Position numbers and translations under genes: made by a program | Origin: Dictyostelium discoideum | Lineage: Eukaryota | Assembly: GCA_000004695.1 (NCBI GenBank) | Contig: CM000151.3 | Span: 1,312,001 to 1,376,000 of the forward strand | DNA: 64,000 nucleotides | Reading direction: 5' to 3' | The notes under the pieces: generated by a model | Database searches by the model: none | The model's input: only the letters and a program-made list of their open reading frames with translations | Told to the model about the DNA's origin: nothing | Shown here: positions 10,780 to 28,571 of the stretch, piece by piece | Position numbering within the stretch: the stretch's first letter is position 1 | How the letters are laid out: each line of letters starts with the position of its first letter

Positions 10780-13700
10780 ATGGGGAAATTTATTATTTGT
10801 TTTTTGTTGTGTTCAATGTTTTTTTGTTATGTTAATTGCATTGAACCTCCAATAGATGAATATAATTGTTTCCTAAATTTTATTACAAAAATAAACCTTT
10901 TTTCATTATTTCCAAAAACCAATGCCACTCACTATGATTTTTGCACAGGATATATAAAGTGTGATGGAGTTACTGGAACAATAAAAGAGTATGTATTTTA
11001 TTATTTTATTTTTTTTATATTATTTTAACTAACTTTATTAAATTTTTTATTAAAGTGTAACTATTTTAAACACTTTAAAAAGTGGATATAATAACCAATC
11101 GATTTTAGCAACAGACTTAGTGTGCCTTCCTAATTTAAATAGAATGTATGTGTATTTAAAACAATGAAATAAAATAAAATTGCTATTAAACATGTTTATT
11201 ATACTTTTATAGAAATCTCCAAAATCTAAATATATCTAAACAGCTTGTTTTTTATGAATTCCCACAAAAAATTGGTCAAGTAACATATAATTATGGAGAC
11301 TATGAGTGTAGTCCAATTGATCAAAAACTACCTGAAATTCCATCTTTGTAAGTTTGGCAAAATCCTTTTTTTTTCTTTTTTTTAAAAATTAAAATTATGG
11401 TATTCTAAAATAATATTTTATTTTTAGTTATTTTTATTGTAAATCCATTTCTGGAACAACATTTAAAATCTCATACATAACAAAACAGACAATCTTTTAT
11501 TTTGGAGATAGTTTTGTACATTTCGAAAATGATGTTCTTGAGACTCATAATATCTCAATGGTTTCATTTACAGCATATTCGTTAAACTTTGCTGACTTTT
11601 CAAATTTTAAAGGTTTGGGATTTTTCAAGATGACTTTCAATCAAGATTTTATTATTTCATCAATACAAAACTATTCAACCATTAAATCAAATTCCATACA
11701 AATTGAGCACGACACAGATTTTCCCTATCCATTTTATATACCAATAAATAATTTCACTCAAAGATTATCAGTATATGCACGTTTTGAAAAACCAAGTTCA
11801 ATGATAGATCTCTCAAGTTTAGTTTATTCGGATTTATCTCTTTCGGGAGTAGGCGACAAGTTTAATTTTAATGGTGAGATTCCGATAATTCCACCACCTG
11901 GTTGCAATTTTATAATAATGCATGGTAATTTTAATGTATTTCCAAATTTTACATATTTTACAGGTGGCTTTACTTCTTTTCAGTCAAACTTTTCAATATC
12001 CTTGCCATCCTATTCAGGTAAAAATACAATGTTTTCAATGATAAACAATAACTTGATTGGAACAATTGATGAATCTTGGTGCAATGTCAATTTGATAATT
12101 TATAATAATAAATTAACAGGGTATGTTTAATTAAAAATTAAAATAAAAATTAATTATATTAAAAAATAAATAAATATAAAAATAAACAAATTTAACTTTA
12201 TCTAACTTTTTTTTAATAATAGAAAAATACCTACATGTTTTACTTGTTATTTTTCGGATCCTGCGGTTTATACTTCTTTTTCTGGTAACCAATTTACAAA
12301 CTACAACCAATCAATTGGGTGTTCTGAATTTGCACCAAGATTTGAATTGATGGATTTTTCAACTAAAACTTTCCGTGTAACAGGTATTAATATAGGCTTT
12401 ACTCCTATGAATTGGTTATTAAACTCAGTTTACTTTCCTTATAGTTTCCAAGATATCTCAACGGGATATGAATATGTTGTGTCGTATTTATTTTCAATAA
12501 TACCTAATCCAAAATACTTTAATGTTACATTTGCTCATCCAGAACCATCACAAACAATATACTTCCCTCTTGGTGATCAATTACCAAATCCAACCGGTAT
12601 TAAAATAACATCAAATCAATTATTAATTACAGGTGAATTATTTTCAAGTTATATGGGTTACTCAAATCAATCAGTCCAATTTGAAGAATCATCTACTAAT
12701 TGTACAATAAAATATGGTAATTTCTTTAATATAACTTGTGAATTTGTACCATCATCTATTTCTACCTTAACATACCCAACAATCATTAAACTTAAAAATG
12801 ATAATTTAATAAGAAGAGTTATTGTCAATCCATTAATTGGACAACTAAATCAAATTCCATGTCCAAATAATTGCGATGATCTTAATAATAGTATTTGTGA
12901 TCTTAATCAAGGTATTTGTATCAGTTGTGTAGATGATTGTGGAATATTCGGTGAATGTAATTTTCGAACCAGAACCTGTGATTGTGATTCAAATCATCAA
13001 GGTCCAAATTGTTCTATACCATTTATACAATGTCCAACAGGTTTAAATTCTTTAATTTGTAGTAGTGTAGATTATAATATGTGTAACAATAAAACTGGTG
13101 TTTGTACTTGTTCTCCAAATCAACAAGGTCAAGATTGTTCATTACCATTTAAACAATGCCCAGTTGGTTTGTATTCGTTAATATGCAGTGGAGGTAATAA
13201 CAATTGTAACAATCAAACAGGTATTTGTTATTGTGATAGTAAATTTATAAATGATGATTGTTCAAAACCAAATCAATATATATCATCTGTTTCACCATCA
13301 ACCTCAAATGGAGGTGAAGCATCATTTTTTGGTTGGTTTGGAGATATTCATTCAAATCCATCATTATTAATTGGAAATCAACAATGTCAACCAATTACAT
13401 ATAATTCTTCAATCGAAATTAGATGTATTGCACCACCAGGTAATGGAGTATATGATATTACTTTTAATCAAAATGATATCATGTATCAATTAAGAAATGG
13501 TTACAGCTATCTTGAAATTTTTAAAAAATGTCCCAACAATTGTACAAATTCAAATCAAGGAAATTGTAATACTTCAAATGGAGAATGTAATTGTATAAAC
13601 AATTATTACTCATTCGATTGTAGTTTAAAAAGAAATAATAATACAGGTGGTAACAATGGTGGTAATCCATCAATCGATCCATCAACAGGTGGGACTAATA

Positions 13701-14485
13701 TTACTGATAATCAAGTAAATTTCCAAATTTATTTTAAAAATTTATTTGAAATCGATTTCAACGGTAATATTGTAAATCAATATTCATTACAAAGTAATTG
13801 GACTCTCAATAAGACTAAAGATTCACAAGAAAATAATATTTATAAATTAACACAAATCATTGAAATATCATGTGAAATTGTAACATTGATCGAAGAAATC
13901 TCAACATCTAAACAATATTCATTTGCAGGCTCAACATTCACATTAGATGCTGGTTCAATTAAATTAACAATTTCAATATCAAATTATATTTATAAAAGCA
14001 GTTTAAATACATTACAACTTCAATTAATATCATCAGTAGATAACGAAAATGAAGAATCAGATTGTAATATTAAACAAGTTTCAACAAATGAAACCAATAC
14101 ATCCTCATTTAAATATATTAAAATTTCAAAAGATAATAGAGTCCTTCAAGGTAGATTCATTAATCAAATACTATCAGATGGAAGACCAACATATTTGTCA
14201 ACTGATATTAAAAGTGATGGTAATTCAGTAATTGCAACATTAAATCTACCACATTTTGTAAATCAATCAATTATCGATCCAGACTTTTCAGTTTTACTTG
14301 AAAATGATTTTAAATCTGAGTGTGATACTTACAACTCTCGTAAATGGTTAATACCAGTTGCTGTGGCAGTTCCAATCTTTGGTGTTTGTTGTATTGGAGT
14401 GATTATATATTATTTTTATAGAAAACATTTTATTGAAATACCACTAAAAATAAAATTAGGAATTATTGGGAATAAAATAAAATAA
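10780..14485 (+). CDS. LRR / EGF-like / IPT-like type I transmembrane protein, tandem paralogue C (about 1129 aa)
   Basis: Exons approx 10780..10988, 11056..11145, 11213..11347, 11428..12120, 12223..14485. Same architecture and phases as copy B. Signal peptide MGKFIICFLLCSMFFCYVNC. TM WLIPVAVAVPIFGVCCIGVIIYYFY. Stop at 14483..14485. Confidence 0.75.
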
Positions 14486-14565
14486 ATAAAAAACCATTAT
14501 ATTAAAATTGTCGCTGTTATTACTTTATTTTATTTAATTTTTTAATTTATTTGTAAATATTTATT

Positions 14566-19617
<5,052 letters not shown>

Positions 19618-19919
19618 TCTTTTTCAAAATTATCATTATTATTATTAACAAATATAATAAAAAAAAAAACAAAAATAAAAAGAAGAAAAAAAAAAATGAA
19701 AAAAAAAAAAAAAAAAAAAATATCGGCAATTTTCAGTCAATTTTCATACTAAATTTTTGAGATTGCTTGGAAAAAAAAATTAAAATGTGAAAAAAAATAA
19801 AAATAAAAAAAATTAAATAATTAAAAATAAAAATAGATTTATTATTATTATATATATATAAATATAAAATTTACAAATTAAATTATTTTTTATTTATTTA
19901 ATTAAAAATACATTATAAT

Positions 19920-19954
<35 letters not shown>

Positions 19955-19956
19955 CC

Positions 19957-21399
19957 TCAAGATGTAAAAGCTTCTTTTTCTTCAGGTAAAATTTCAATAT
20001 TAATATTTAAAGTGACACTATTTTGAATTACAAAACCAGTTTGTGTAGTTACTAAAGAATTATTTATAAATGATCTCCAACCCCATTTATTTTCGGTATG
20101 GAATATATTTGTTGATGCTAATTTTCTATTTCTTGTGAAATCTTTATTTAATAATTCAAATGAAAATTGAACTTTTGATGGTGTTTGATCATCAAATTTA
20201 TATAAATAAATTGATAAGAAATCTTTTGATTCATCACTTAGGCCGCCATTGGGATAGAATTGAATTTTAAATTTTAAATTTCCAACCATAAATTCGGGAG
20301 ATTCGATTGACTTTGGTTTTGGATAATCTTGTAATTTTTGTGACCAATTTGTGATAACCCATTTATTTTGATAATTAAATTTCAATTCTCTAATTACTTT
20401 TAATTCAGATTGCAATATTTTAAAATCATCTTTAAGTCGGTTATATTCCAATTCTAATTTCTTATATTCCTTTTCAGATTTTTCAAATTTACATATATGT
20501 TGGTCGATTGTTGCTTCCATGTATTTACTATGGTCGATTAATTTCATGTGTTCGGACAACTCGGATCTTGGAAATTCTAGCATACATCCTGCTTCTCTAT
20601 ATTTACATTGTATCACTGTGAATGGACATTCATTCTCTATATGGTATTTTATTCTACCTCTTTCGATTGTGCAATTGAATGTGGGCGAATTACAATTTTG
20701 TGGACATTTAATTGGAAACTTTTCACATTCGGAATAGTGTACTTTACTATCATCAATCACCAACCCTTTCTCACCACAAAACTCACATTCTGATTTCAAC
20801 TTTTTACATTTCTCTGCATGGTCTTTTAATTGATTCTTTCTTAATCTTGTTTTACATTCCTTATCATTTGGACATTCAATAAATTGAAATTGACATTCCT
20901 TTATATGACCTTCTAACTCATCAACTTTTAAAATCTCTTTACAACCAAATTTTTCATCAATTTCAATTTTACCAGAATTTAAAATTCTAAATAAATTTGG
21001 ACAAAATATTTTTTTATTTCTAAATTCCTATTTGTGTATCAAAAAAAAAAATATATTTTTAAAATTATTAATAAAAAAAAAAAAAAATTGAAAAAAAAAA
21101 AAATTATTATTTTTACAAACCTTTTGTAAATAAATATTTTTTGATAATGAATCTACGGAATTCACTCTTGTTCTACATGTCATACATTCTTTTTTTGATT
21201 CCAAAGATTTCATCCAACATAATCTACAATGAACATGTCCTTCTTTACATTGTAAAGCTTCACATTTATTTACATCCATTATACATTCTTCACAAATTGG
21301 ACAATTAAAATTTTCTGATAAAGAAACTGGATCAACAATTAAATCATTTATTGTAAATTTTATTGGTGTAATATTTAATTGTGAAATTGTTGTTGTCAT
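19957..21399 (-). CDS. TRAF-like protein 1 (RING finger, TRAF-type zinc fingers, coiled coil, MATH domain), about 449 aa
   Basis: Exon 1 21121..21399 (C3HC4 RING: CPICEECIMDVNKCEALQCKEGHVHCRLCW..CMTCR). Phase-0 donor CAAAAG|GTTTGT. A 93-bp intron 21028..21120. Exon 2 19957..21027 (acceptor CAAATAG|). Cys/His TRAF zinc fingers (CPNDKECKTRLRKNQLKDHAEKCKKLKSECEFCGEKG...), coiled coil (LELEYNRLKDDFKILQSELK) and MATH-like C-terminus (YQNKWVITNWSQK...FKIQFYPNG). Confidence 0.75.
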
Positions 21400-21453
21400 T
21401 ATTATTAATTTAATTTAAATTATTTTTTTTATTTTTAGAATATTTAATTTAAT

Positions 21454-21490
<37 letters not shown>

Positions 21491-21559
21491 TTTTTTTTAT
21501 TTTAAGAATATTTATTATTATCTGTTTGTTTTACTCCAATATTAATTTTTTTACTATAA

Positions 21560-21591
<32 letters not shown>

Positions 21592-22018
21592 AAAGAAAAA
21601 AAAAATTCTAATTTTAAATTCTAATGATAATAATTTTCTTGTTTAAAAATAAATTATTTAAAAACTGGTAAAACAGACTGGTTTTATTTTCATTTTTTTA
21701 TGATTTTTTTTTTTTTTTTTTGTTTTTTTTTTCTGTTTTTTTATGAAAAAAAAAAGCTGGGATCATTTACCCGTATTAAAACAAAAACAAAAAATTTATA
21801 AATATCATTTCAAAAAAAAAAAAACAAAAATAAAAAAAAAAAAATAAAAATAATTATTTGAATTGATCTTTGATGACAATTGACCAGTGCACATGCTCTC
21901 TGATTTTTTAAAAATGCGCAAAATGTCATAAAAATAAATGCAAAAATAAAAAAAAAAATAAACTAATCTTAAAATGAATAAATTACAACCTTAAAGTTGT
22001 TTAAAGACACAACAATTC

Positions 22019-22072
<54 letters not shown>

Positions 22073-22435
22073 TTTTATTAAAATATTGTTGGTTGTTTTT
22101 GATTCAAGGGAAATAAATAAATAGATTTTTTTTTTTTAGCCAACAGAAGTGTATGTTTTTTTTTTTTTTTAATATCTATACAAGGTTGGGTTTTTTTTTC
22201 TTGTTTATTCCTAAGATTTTTTTTTTTCCTTTTTTTTTTTTTTAATTATTTTTATTTTTTTTATTTTTTATTATTGTATTTAGTTTTTTCTAAAAGTTGT
22301 GTTACAAATATTGGTAGTTTATGAAGAGATGGAGTTTTTGATTATTGTTTTTTTTTTTTTTTGTTTAGTTTATTTTGATTTGTAGTGAAAGGTTTGTTTT
22401 TTTTTTTTTTTTTTGTATTGGAGAGGTTTATAGTT

Positions 22436-24074
22436 TTAATGATTTGAAGTAGTTGTTGTTGTTGTAGTTGTGGTTGTGTTGTTAGTTGTTGATGAAGTAG
22501 TGTTGGTTGTAGAAGGTGATTGAACAGGAATTGAATTTGGAGTAGAAGAAGAGGAGGAGGTAGTTGAAGGTGAAGCAGAATGAGAATTTAAATTTGATGA
22601 CACATTTGCATTTGAATTTGAAGAGGAGGATTGATTAGAAGAAGAGATTGCCAAATTTGGGAATAAAGGTGATGGCAATTCAATTTGATTCATAGCATGT
22701 GATGGAATTAATGTTTTGGCTAGTTTTGGACCGATTGAAGTTTGTTCTGCGATTGTAAAGTTGAAGAGGGGTGGTAAAGGTTTACCATCTGGAAGACATG
22801 TCTTTGGATCTCTTAATTCATCAAAGAATGGATGTGCACAAATTTCAACTGGCTTTAATCTTGAGGATGGATCATAAAGTAAGATTTTTGAGATTAAATC
22901 AATTGATTCGGCCGGTACATCCTTAGCTTTGAATACTCTTGGCCATGGGTTTGCTTTGATCTCTGGGAATTTAAATGAGGTATAATATGGATTCATTGCA
23001 TGAATTTGTTCTTTGGTTGGTGTACCCAATACCTTTATAATCTCTACCAATTGGTCAATACCATTCTCACCAGGGAATAACGGTTGACCCAATAATAATT
23101 CTGCCAAAACACATCCTAATGACCAAACATCAATAGTTGTAGTATAGTTTGTTGATCCAAAAATTAATTCTGGTGCACGATAATGTCTTGAACAAATATA
23201 AGAAACATTAGTTTCTCCTTTAATTAATATCTTTGCACTTTAATAATTAAGTAATATATAAAAAAAATATATAAAAAATAAAGTTAGTATCAAAAAAAGG
23301 GTAAAAAAAAAAAAGTATAGAGAAAATTTACCTTCCAAAATCGCAAAGTTTTAATGTACTGGTTGATGTATCCAACAATAAATTTTGAGGTTTAATATCT
23401 CTATGACAAATTCCAAGTGAATGAATGTAGTTTATTGATCTACACAATTGATATATATATAACTAAAGTTTTTTTTAAAAAAAAAAAAAATTTACTTAGA
23501 AACATTTTCTAAATCTTTCTTGTTATCAATGTTATTAGTTTAATGTTTTAATTACCTTTACAAAAATGTTTGGAACAGGTTGTTTAGACATACTATAGTG
23601 TCTTGAAACTCTGTAAACTGTATCTGGCACATATTCCAATACTAAATTTAAATAAACTTCATCATTCTAGAAATTTGTAAAAGAATTGTTAGAAAATTAT
23701 GTTATTAATTGATCAATATATGTGAATGAATGAATATTAAATATATTTACATCTGATGTGTAGAAACTATTTTTTAATGAAACTATATTTATATGATTTA
23801 ACATCTTCATGATTTGTAATTCTCGATTCTATATTTATAAGAAAAAAGTTAATATACTTGGTTTTTTTTTTTGTTATTAATTTATGGACAAAAAATAATA
23901 ATTTACCTTGTATCTTTGGTCTTGTAAAACCTTTTTTATTGCTACAACCTCTTTGGTATCAGCCACAATTGCTTGAGTGACGACACCAAATGAGCCATTT
24001 CCAATTACCCCCTCTGTTATATAACAAACTCCATTTGATTTAATGATTACTTTATCAAATTTATTTGATCTTGG

Positions 24075-24108
<34 letters not shown>

Positions 24109-24255
24109 GTTGTTGTTGTTGTCTTTTTATTGCCATTATCATCTGTCTCCTTTTTATCTTTCTCTGTTGTGTAATAATATTAGTAATAAGTTATGTGTAT
24201 GATAAATAATAAATAAGAAAGATTTCTTACCCAATATCTGATCCTTTGAACTCAT
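22436..24255 (-). CDS. gskA: Glycogen synthase kinase 3 (GSK3 orthologue), six exons, 467 aa
   Basis: Exons (minus strand) 24231..24255 (MSSKDQIL), 23907..24163 (GNGSFGVV...[13 protein letters not shown]), 23751..23828 ([26 protein letters not shown]), 23556..23666 ([37 protein letters not shown]), 23332..23462 ([39 protein letters not shown]), 22436..23237 ([98 protein letters not shown]...). Near-perfect matches to GSK3 catalytic motifs from memory. Total 1404 nt = 467 aa, which matches the reported Dictyostelium GskA length. Ser/Thr/Asn-rich C-terminal tail. Confidence 0.9.
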
Positions 24256-24648
24256 TTTAAAGTTTTTTTATTATTATTATTATTATTTTATTTTTGAGTT
24301 TTTTTTTATTTTTTTTTTATTTTTTTTTTATTTTTGGTGATGTTATCTATTCTATTTGTAAAAGTTAAAGTTAATATTAAATTTCATGAAGATTGTTATA
24401 TTAAAATAATGAAACAAAAAAAAAAAAAAAAAAAAAATTTTAATTTTAAAAAAAAAAAAATTTTAAAAATTAATTTTAAAAAAAAAATTAAAAAATAAAA
24501 AAAAATAAAAAGTTGATTGATTTATGTGTATAGTGATTAGAAAAAAGAAAGAGGTGTATTGATATTTTATATTATTAAATTGTTATTATTATTATTATTT
24601 TTTTTTTTTTTTTAATTATTACAAAAATGTTTGTGTGGTTATTTAAAA

Positions 24649-24697
<49 letters not shown>

Positions 24698-25146
24698 ATT
24701 TTAAAATTTTTTTTTTTTTTTTTTTTAAAATTTTTTTTTCTTGGGTGTTGGTGTAAAGTGTTGGGTGTTTGATAAAAAATAATAAAAGAAAATAAATTAC
24801 CCACACAAAAAAAAAAAACAAAAAAAAAAACAAAAAAAGAAAAAGAAAAAAGAAAAAAGAATATGGTGATTGATTAATTGAATTATAATATGGAAAGTTA
24901 ATAATTTGGAAGTTTTCAAAAAATAAAAGAATAAATAAAAAAAAAAAAATAAATAATAAATAAATTAAATCTTTTATTAAAAACCATCCATAGTAAATTC
25001 TTGTTTTAATTTATTTATTTATTTATTTCTCTATTTTTTATATTTATTTATCTATTTGTATTTATTTATTTATTATTTATTTATTTATTTATTTTTTTTT
25101 TTTTTGATGCCCAAAATTAAAATTGGTTTATTTTAAGAAAAGAAAG

Positions 25147-25179
<33 letters not shown>

Positions 25180-25273
25180 CAAAGAATCAAATTAGATATT
25201 TACCTTACAGTGTGCTGTGCGATGGGTGATGTTTGTGTTGTTCAATCGATGATTATTTATTTTGGTTGCTTTG

Positions 25274-25306
<33 letters not shown>

Positions 25307-26746
25307 GATATTTACACCTTTATAGATTTAAAAATATTGTATCCAAGTTATATATATGTTGATATGTGATTATTGGTACAATTGTTTATATAAAATGATA
25401 TATAATATGTTTTGTTTTCTTTTTTCTTTTTTCTTTTTTTCTTTTTTTCTTTTTTTTTTCTTTTTTTTTTTTCTTTTCTTTTTTTCTTTTTTTTTTTTTC
25501 TATTTTGTTATTTTTTTTAATAATAAAAAAATAATATTATATGAACTAGATTGTTTTGAGATTGATTATAAATACATATATAAATATATATTGCTAATAT
25601 TAATATATATACATATAAAAAAAAATTTTGGTTTATATTAATGAAAAAAAAAAAAAAAAAATTTAAAAAAAATGAAATTTTTTTTATTTTTTTTTTTTTT
25701 TTAAATTTTTTTTTTTTTTTTATTTTTTTTAAAAAATAAAGGATGGGTTGGAAATGATTTGACATCCACAATTGGTTTTTTTTTATTAATAAAATTTTTT
25801 TTTTTTTTTTTAAAATAAAAAAAAAATTAACAATTTCCTTTTTAGAATATTTTAATTAATACTGAAATATTTGCGATTTAATTATTTAGTTATTAGGTGT
25901 ATACAGGCAAAGCGAATAAATTTATAGAAAAAATCTTGGTTTTAGTGTCAGGCTGAAAAAAAATAAAATAAAATGAAATAAAATAAAATGAAATAAAATA
26001 AAATAAGTGAAAAAAAAAAATCAAAATAAAATAAAATAAATAACATAAACTAAAATAAAAATAAAAATGATTAACCAAAAAAAAAAAACAAAAAAAAAAA
26101 ACAATGTTTAATTTTCCCAAAAGACTTATTTATTTAAGTTTTTTTAATTGTTATAAATAAATTGCATTAGAGGGGGCGCCAAGATTTTTTTTTTTTTTTT
26201 TTCAAATTTATTTTTGTTTTTATTTTTTTTTATAATTTTTTTTTTTTCATCATCATTTTCAAGTAATTTTTTAGGTCTTGCTTATTTTAAAAAGACGAAA
26301 CATTCAGAGTTTTTGTTAAACAAACAATTTTAAAATATTTTGTTTTTTTTTTTTTTTTTTTTTTTTTGATACTAAAACTTTTTTTTTTCAGTTTATTTTT
26401 TATTTTTTTATTTTTATTTTTATTTTTTTTTTTTTATAACTTCTTTTTTATTCAACCACTTTTTTTTTTTATCATTATTATTTTTTAATAAATAATATTA
26501 TTTATTTTAATTAAAATCATTAAAGTAAATGAAAGTGTGTTGGTTTAAGCATATTTATACATATTAAGTTAAAAGCGTGCAAATACAAACCAAACACAAA
26601 CACAAACACAAATATTCACATAAACACTAATACACAAAAATAAATAATAGAAAATAAATAGAAAAATAGTTTTTTGGAAAATAAATAATAGAAAATAAAT
26701 AAAAAAATATTTATACATACATACATACATACAATTCAAATAAATA

Positions 26747-28380
26747 ATGAAGTTTGATACAACTAAATATTATCTACTTTTAGAACTACCAGTTGATTGT
26801 TCACAAGATGATATAAAAAGATCATACCGTGCCTTAGCGTTAAGATATCATCCAGGTAAGTGTCAAGACATATATATATATATATATATATATAGATATT
26901 TAAATAAACCCAGCAGTCGCACCCACACCCACACACAAACTTACACAAACACCATTTTACACAAGGTTTATGATGATTTTTTTTTTTTTTTTTTTTTTAA
27001 TATTATAATACAACTCAAGTAAAGTAGTGGTATTAATAAACACAACTATATATATTGTTGTTTTGTAATTTAAAAATATTTTTTAGATAGAAATCCAGAT
27101 CCAACAGCAGCAGAAGCATTTAAAGAAATAGCAGAAGCATATGAAGTATTATCAGATCCAGAAAGAAGAAAATTGTATGATCAATATGGTGCAGAAGGTT
27201 TGAAGTTCTTTGAGAACGGAGCATTTGGTGAAGACGCAGCATATATTGCAAAGTTGATGGGATCATTGAAATTGATAGCATGTACAGGGTTTTTAATATT
27301 ATTGATAGCGATCCTTTTCCCAATATTCATAGTTGTCAAGACCAAAGGCGCCGTCGATTGGTCATGGGCAAAAGTATTTTCACCAGCATGGATCATCATG
27401 TCATTGGTTATAGTGTTTACAGCATTTTTGGCAATCCTTTCAAAGAAATTAACATTTTTCATTTGGGCAGCACACAATCTATTCATTATGACATTCATGG
27501 GTTTATTAGTATCGAAATTGGACGCAACCACTTACACAGCTTCATCCATGTTATGGTCAGAGGTTTTCATACCAATCTATGCATTGATTGTAACAAGTAT
27601 CCTACAGAAATATGAAATTTTCTCAAGAGAACACTATGAAAAACGTTTTTCATCACCAGAACATTTAGATACTTGTACAAATTTTGGTTTGGGTCATCCA
27701 GGTTTTATTTTACGTAAATTGTTGAGAGATTTAGTTGCAAGTTGGTTCTTTGTTTTCCTAATGTTAAAATTGGATCATGTAGTTGAATGGAATTGGTGGA
27801 TAAATTCAATTCCTGTCTTTTTTTACATCATTTTCTATTTGGTTTTAATGGCATTAGATAATAGTTCAAAAATGAACAATTTATCAATGGATGAAGATGA
27901 AAGAGCCTCAAATGAAAGTGTTAATAGTTTCTTATATTGTATTTTCATTTTCTTAATGATTCCAGTTATCTTATTTATTTCTTTATTAGCTGCTCATATC
28001 TCTGCTGATAGATTTGCAATTGCTAATGTATTCATTCCAATTTTTATTGTTTTAGGGTAATTATTTTATAATTTTTTTTCAAAATACATTTTAACATAAA
28101 AATATAATACTAATTAATTTATTTTTATTTTTATTATTATTATTATTATCATTATTATTATTATTACAATTATTATAGTCTTTTAACTTGTGCATATTGT
28201 ATTTTTGCATGTTGTGCTTTAGCTGCAGCAAAGGGACAAGGAATGGAAGATTTCCCAGGTGGTTCACCAACTCAAAATATCGCTTCAATCATTAACAGTA
28301 GAATGTTAAGACCACAAAAATTCTTGGAAGCTCAACACTTACCAACAACCAGTACCTCTGTTGGTGTAGAAAATGTTTAA
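26747..28380 (+). CDS. J-domain (DnaJ) protein with a polytopic membrane domain, about 426 aa, three exons
   Basis: Exons approx 26747..26855, 27087..28056, 28179..28380. Exon 1 ends ..RYHPG (donor CCAG|GTAAGT); exon 2 begins AT AGA AAT CCA GAT, so the spliced product reads [35 protein letters not shown], a canonical J domain whose HPD tripeptide is completed by splicing. About seven hydrophobic helices follow ([32 protein letters not shown], and others). Intron 2 donor GG|GTAATT, acceptor ATTATAG|. Final exon encodes ..[33 protein letters not shown]. Confidence 0.7.
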
Positions 28381-28571
28381 TTTTACCAAAATAAAGAGTA
28401 AAAAGTTCACATATATATAAAATTTTAAAAACTAAAAATAAAAAAAAAAACTAAAAATAAAAATCAAAAAAAAAAAAAAAAGAAATAATTTATTAAAAGA
28501 AAAAAAACAAATAAATATAATTTTGTACAGGTTTTTTTATTTTTTTAATTTTTTTTTTTAAATATATTTAA

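Noticed and set aside
25123-26120. Three short ORFs (25123..25308 plus, 25517..25771 minus, 25893..26120 minus) in the gskA / J-domain intergenic region
   Set aside because: Homopolymer- and simple-repeat-driven (poly-K, poly-F, poly-M). No splice-compatible structure or recognisable domain. Typical Dictyostelium intergenic DNA.
26968-26973. TGATGA in the J-domain gene intron as a box C of a C/D snoRNA
   Set aside because: No downstream CUGA box D or terminal stem could be found in the following 120 bp. Kept only as part of the C-rich-intron observation.
27181-27531. 116-aa minus-strand ORF and 111-aa plus-strand alternate-frame ORF
   Set aside because: They overlap exon 2 of the J-domain membrane protein, whose frame gives an intact HPD J domain plus TM helices.
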